Below, one piece after another: positions 59,420 through 64,000 of a stretch of DNA of 64,000 bases (its first letter is position 1; each line of letters starts with the position of its first letter). The translations under genes were made by a program, and so were the position numbers. Source of the stretch: Eledone cirrhosa (taxonomy: Eukaryota); the NCBI GenBank assembly GCA_964016885.1, contig OZ024746.1, forward strand, positions 44,640,001 to 44,704,000, given 5' to 3'. The notes under the pieces are model-generated. The model searched no databases. It had not been told where the DNA came from and worked only from the letters and a program-made list of their open reading frames with translations.

Positions 59420-60370
59420 ATATATATTTTTATACTTTGGGAGGGTCATGTTGCCAATAAGAAACACACGCACCAGTTGCTTTCACTTCAATTTATTATA
59501 ATAAATTTATAATAAATTTATAAATTTATAAATTTCTGGTTAGAAAGACATACCCTTTAGCAAGACATACCCTTTCCAAAGACCCTCATGTATAGATAAG
59601 AAATGTATAACCTGTAAAATAAGCCCCCATATTAACTGTAAAACTAGAAATGTAGTGTATAGCATAAGATGTACTGAAGGACAATGCAGAGACAAAAATA
59701 TAGTGTACATAGGTGAGACAGCTCGTAGTGTAGGGGACCGGATAAATGAACACTGGCGAGACCTTCAAGATAGTAAAGAATCATCTGTACTCTACCAACA
59801 TGCTAAAATAGAACACAAGGGTAAATTAGAGAACATAGAAATAAAAATAGAATCTACACACAGAAAAGACGCAATGTTTAGACAAATTACAGAGGCAATA
59901 AACATAAAAGAATTACAACCAAAATTAAATAGAAAATATGAGTGGAACAGCAACATCACAACTTACAATTAAGGACAAAATGAAAACACACACACATAAA
60001 TGAACATAAACACACACAGACACCCGGATGTGGCGCATACGCAGACTGAGCACACAACACACACACAGAAACAAAATGGCGTAGAACAGAACAAAGGAGA
60101 GGCACAGAAACAAAGAAAGGAATCCCCAGTCACTGAAGAGGTCACAGAGTGTGTGACAAAAGAACTATGACTATATATAAACAACTATCTGGTTGTGGAA
60201 CCAACGATCCAACCAGAAATTTATAAATTTATTATAATAAATTGAAGTGAAAGCAACTGGTGCGTGTGTTTCTTATTGGCAACATGACCCTCCCAAAGTA
60301 TAACAATATCGGTTTCAACACACGATTTCAGATAAAGAATCTTGCTAAACAAATTCAGAAACGAAATATA
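59420..60370 (+). mobile_element. PLE 3' end (GIY-YIG C-terminus + terminal repeat with hammerhead) with inverted terminal fragment at its 5' side
   Basis: ORF 59655-59972 reads VYSIRC..C..IVYIGETARS..RINEH..HAKIEH..RQITEAINI..LNRKYE. HHR-like motif at 60128-60172 (GAAA mutated to AAAA). 59420-59541 is the reverse complement of ~60210-60310. Confidence 0.88.
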
Positions 60371-61544
60371 TATATATATAAAGACGGTAAACAAGGAAAG
60401 GCTCCGAACTCCGGATTGCAATACAATGTGATGTTTCACTGTATTCAAAATGTATTCTTCTTTAATGCAATGATTCTACCGGCATCTGCAGTGTTTCACA
60501 ATGTTTTAGACTCAATAACTGAAAGCATGATTGAAACATCATATGTTTCTTCGGAGAGAACACTAACATATGAAGCCATATTTGCGTATTTAGTTGTTGC
60601 AAGCACGTTTTCTTACATTTATATAATAATTGTTAAATCTGAATTTTCCTTTAACATTCTACATTTCTAATAGTCTAATTAGAAAATCAATATTTATCAA
60701 AACGTTATTTAATAAAAGGTATCAGATTGTCATTTGCTGATGAAAAGCATCCACATATTTGATGATTTACTCTAATAACATTATAATTGTACACATGCTT
60801 GCTACTAACATAAGGTATTTAGATTTATTTTAATTAGCTATCTACTGGTTGTGCAGTACCATTGCTGCCAGCATTATGCCAGCATAGAATAAAAGGTTGG
60901 ATACTAAACTAGAGAAAAAGTGTAGTGTTAGATTTGATATGTCAGCGGTAACAGGAGAAAAAGTATCAGCATTGATGCCCTGATTCATATGCAAGCAGTG
61001 GCGGACTGGTCAGGTTGCCCAATGGCAAGTGGGCCCCCTGGGGCCCAGAGTAGCATTGCAAGGGCCCACAGTAGCATTGCAAGGCACATTGTATTATTTT
61101 AGGGGCCAATGATTTGCTTTAAAAAAATACCTGAAATCTAAGAGAAACAATAACATTTAAGAAAAAAATAAAACAATTAAGCAGAGCATTTGGTCAACCA
61201 ATTCCCCAGGGAATTAATATAAACCAAAATATATGATAGTGCAAATAGCTGGAATCAGTGGTTGTACATTCTACTAAATGTAATGCTTAGTGTATTCATG
61301 CATGCATGCAAACATACATATATAGACACAGACACACACATATATATATATGAAAAGGTTCAGCACGACGACGGCAGAGCTCAAGACGTTTCGAACGCTT
61401 TGCCGTCGAAACGGCTTGAGCTCTGCCGTCAGGGTCCTGAACGCTTTCATAATACCCACTCTACTACCCAAAGTATCGAGTACTCTGGTGCGTTTTGGTC
61501 CACCTAGTTTCTTATCACACTTCGTTCATTATATATATATATAA

Positions 61545-61722
61545 TTGGCAGTATCGGTAGAGGGTCGGACGCCATGCTTTCCAGCATAGTTACGTCCCTT
61601 TACAATCTGAGTTCAAATCCCGCCGAGGTTGACTTTGCCTTTCATCCTTACGGGGTCGATAAAATAAAGTACCAGTAATGCACTGGTAAATTGCTGGCCT
61701 GTGCCTAAAGTAGAAACAATTA
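61545..61722 (+). mobile_element. tRNA-derived SINE
   Basis: Close copy of 16130-16312. Confidence 0.8.
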
Positions 61723-61847
61723 TATATATATATATTTACACACCAACTACTGTCCAGATATTATTTGATACTAATGGGTGAAAGACATCAGTCAAATCAA
61801 TTGGTGGAGAAGGTGGTGTATAAACACACACACGCATATAAATATAT

Positions 61848-62083
61848 ATATTGGTAAAAGGAAAAGAAAATGCTGACAAATTGTTCCCAGTGAAAAATAG
61901 TTTAATTAGGAATAAGTAAAAATTAGTAATAGTATTGGTTAGTATTCAGTTTTGGTTTTAGGTAAAACTTAAAACCCAAACTAAATACTAACCAATACTA
62001 TTACTAATTTTTACTTATTCCTAATTAAACTATTTTTCACTGGGAACAATTTGTCAGCATTTTCTTTTCCTCTTACCAATATA
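61848..62083. repeat. Fold-back element (family of 1621-2008)
   Basis: Palindrome centred near 61966, followed by the same gtgtgttacacct tail as the 1621 copy. Confidence 0.85.
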
Positions 62084-62123
62084 TCATAACTCGTGTGTTA
62101 CACCTATATTCTTTGAAAAAAAA

Positions 62124-62157
<34 letters not shown>

Positions 62158-62418
62158 TATTGAGTAAGTGTAAAAGACCAAAGTTTATTATTGAAAGTCT
62201 CTGGATTTCGCAAAATACATAATATTTTTTATTGTAGGAGGTAAAAATGTGTTTGCACTGTTCTGTTTCCACTTGTAAAAGTTTGATTGCACTGTACTGT
62301 TTCCATTTATGTATTTTGGGAAAATGTTATTTATTCATTATAAAAATTAAATGATAGCATTCTATATGTAGGGGGCCCTCTTCATCTGGTAACCAATAAT
62401 CTTAGACCTCGTCAGCCA

Positions 62419-62492
<74 letters not shown>

Positions 62493-62539
62493 GATTTAGG
62501 TCTGTCCGGGTATCAACTGTTCATCCCTCTCATATATCC

Positions 62540-62592
<53 letters not shown>

Positions 62593-63022
62593 TATAAACT
62601 CTCGCTATTCCCTGTCAGTAATGTGCTCAAAGGAGAAGGAATCCCGAGCTCTTTATAATACAATATGTTGAAAAGGTGACAATCAAAGAGGGAAGGCGCG
62701 CTATCTCTCTCTCTGACTGGACGGTCGTTTTAGATTCTCTTAGAGTTGTCTGAAATGTATAGCCTTACACACGCTGATGAACCATGGGCTATTCATTTCT
62801 CTCAACAACTTATTGGAAACAGATCTCTTTGGATTTGTACTTGTGTGTTAGATAGTTATCGAGGCATGTATTTACACTTTAATTTATACTTTTAATTATC
62901 GTGTGTTTACTCTGCCTTCCATGGGCTATAGATTCCATACAGTGGTGGTTTTTCCCTGTTTGATTGATGGCGCACTATCTCTCTCTCTCTCTAGTGTGTT
63001 ACCTTTTCAACATATTGTATTA

Positions 63023-63104
<82 letters not shown>

Positions 63105-63400
63105 CATATATATATATATATATATACATATATATAAACAGAAAAATGAAACAAAATTTCATTTCCCACTCTTAGTACGGCTGTTACTGAAATATAAGTA
63201 TGTACACGTACATACATATATGTATACAGACGTACAGTAGTATGTATATATATATACTTACATGCACACATATATATATGTACGTATGGATTCACCGAAC
63301 ATTTATTATAATGCTTGGTGTGTTTGTAAACAAACATCCCGTATTAAGCCATAACGTCCAGCAACCATCGTTGCTCGTTTGTTAAAGACTGACAAAGGAA

Positions 63401-63441
63401 CGCTGTACTAGTTTCAAGCTTATTAGCTATCGTCAGCAACG
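63401..63441 (-). ncRNA. Type I minimal hammerhead ribozyme
   Basis: Reverse complement reads CGTTG-CTGACGA-TAGCTAATAAGCTT-GAAA-CTAG-TA-CAGCG, within the terminal repeat 63136-63505. Confidence 0.8.
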
Positions 63442-64000
63442 TATACCTTCCTGCCAGATTGTTGAACGTATATACTTATCTTATGTATATTAACGGGTGA
63501 GTAGCCCAACTTCCGTTTAGAGAAACGAGGTGCAACAGAAATGAAACATGGATTACAGGTTAAAATACAGTCTAGATAGATGTGAAACAAAACGAGGATG
63601 TAGTTTATAGAACACCCAGAAGTCGCCCTTAAGTAGGAGCAATAACGTTAAGAAAGACATGAACGACACCACAAAACATTTTGTTTTGAAAATTTTGAGC
63701 GTAGGTTTATAAGTATGAATTTTCTTAAGAGTTTCGTAGTTGTCTCAGTGCCCTAACAGTAGGTAGTAGATATGGTGGAGACCCTGGCCTTGGGTTCAAT
63801 CCTGGTCAAGAGGTACATGTCACCTTCTCCAGTTTTTATTTTACATTCCATAGAAAAAAACTGAAAAGGTTTACCGGGAACCCCCCTCCCGACTAGGACC
63901 GAACTTTAGACCAGGATCACCACCATCTATGATTTCTCCAAATAGGCCACCGAGACTGCTCCGAAAGTATAATGAAAATTGATAATTATAAACTTACTTT

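Larger units (their letters stand above)
56682..60811 (-). pseudogene. Intronless nAChR-like (chemotactile-receptor-like) pseudogene split by ~2.9 kb of nested TEs
   Basis: ATG 60811 MLVASMCTIIMLL (signal-like), LLLNNVLINIDFLIR, then Cys-loop CNPEFGAFPCLPSL (60420-60379; FP at canonical +7/+8). After the insertion it continues in the same frame Y-AHF...FSYCCTDG (YCC 57342-57334), IFFALFPVIEEVTL (M1-M2), M4-like TIFSFALYYYTIIRFVLLI and stop 56684-56682. About 1.2 kb without the insert. Confidence 0.65.
60996..62421. mobile_element. Possible hAT-like MITE remnant with nested insertions
   Basis: CAGTGGCGGAC at 60996 and gtcagccactg at 62411-62421 form imperfect TIRs, with subterminal GGGCCC motifs at both ends. 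No 8-bp TSD visible. Confidence 0.35.

Noticed and set aside
63745-63815. tRNA gene (gggttcaatcctgg B-box); also 47345-47417
   Set aside because: No complete cloverleaf; more likely SINE heads.

Overview
This is a very AT-rich animal genomic window full of microsatellites. Its SINE and repeat content and receptor remnants suggest an octopus or other cephalopod (inference). I found no intact host protein-coding gene, and most ORF-track entries are translations of (TA)n/(CA)n repeats. Recognisable elements are an RTE-type LINE (APE+RT, one in-frame stop), a Penelope-like element (PLE; RT+GIY-YIG) with 2.6-2.7 kb inverted arms, a second PLE 3' end, an old PLE remnant, a decayed Helitron (Rep+Pif1), a non-autonomous Helitron and tRNA-derived SINEs. 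Two layers are not shown by the ORF track. (1) At least eight sequence-unrelated families of short fold-back or direct-repeat elements sit in (TA)n tracts and carry type I minimal hammerhead ribozyme (HHR) motifs, many with a palindromic helix III and a non-canonical 10.1/11.1 pair. They include a retrozyme-like unit with two HHRs 522 nt apart. (2) The apparently unique DNA between the repeats reads as a tandem array of up to about 8 decayed, intronless Cys-loop (nAChR-like, chemotactile-receptor-like) pseudogenes. In one copy the Cys-loop is split by about 2.9 kb of nested insertions whose removal restores the reading frame. All motif calls were made by eye and need HMM or covariance-model confirmation.
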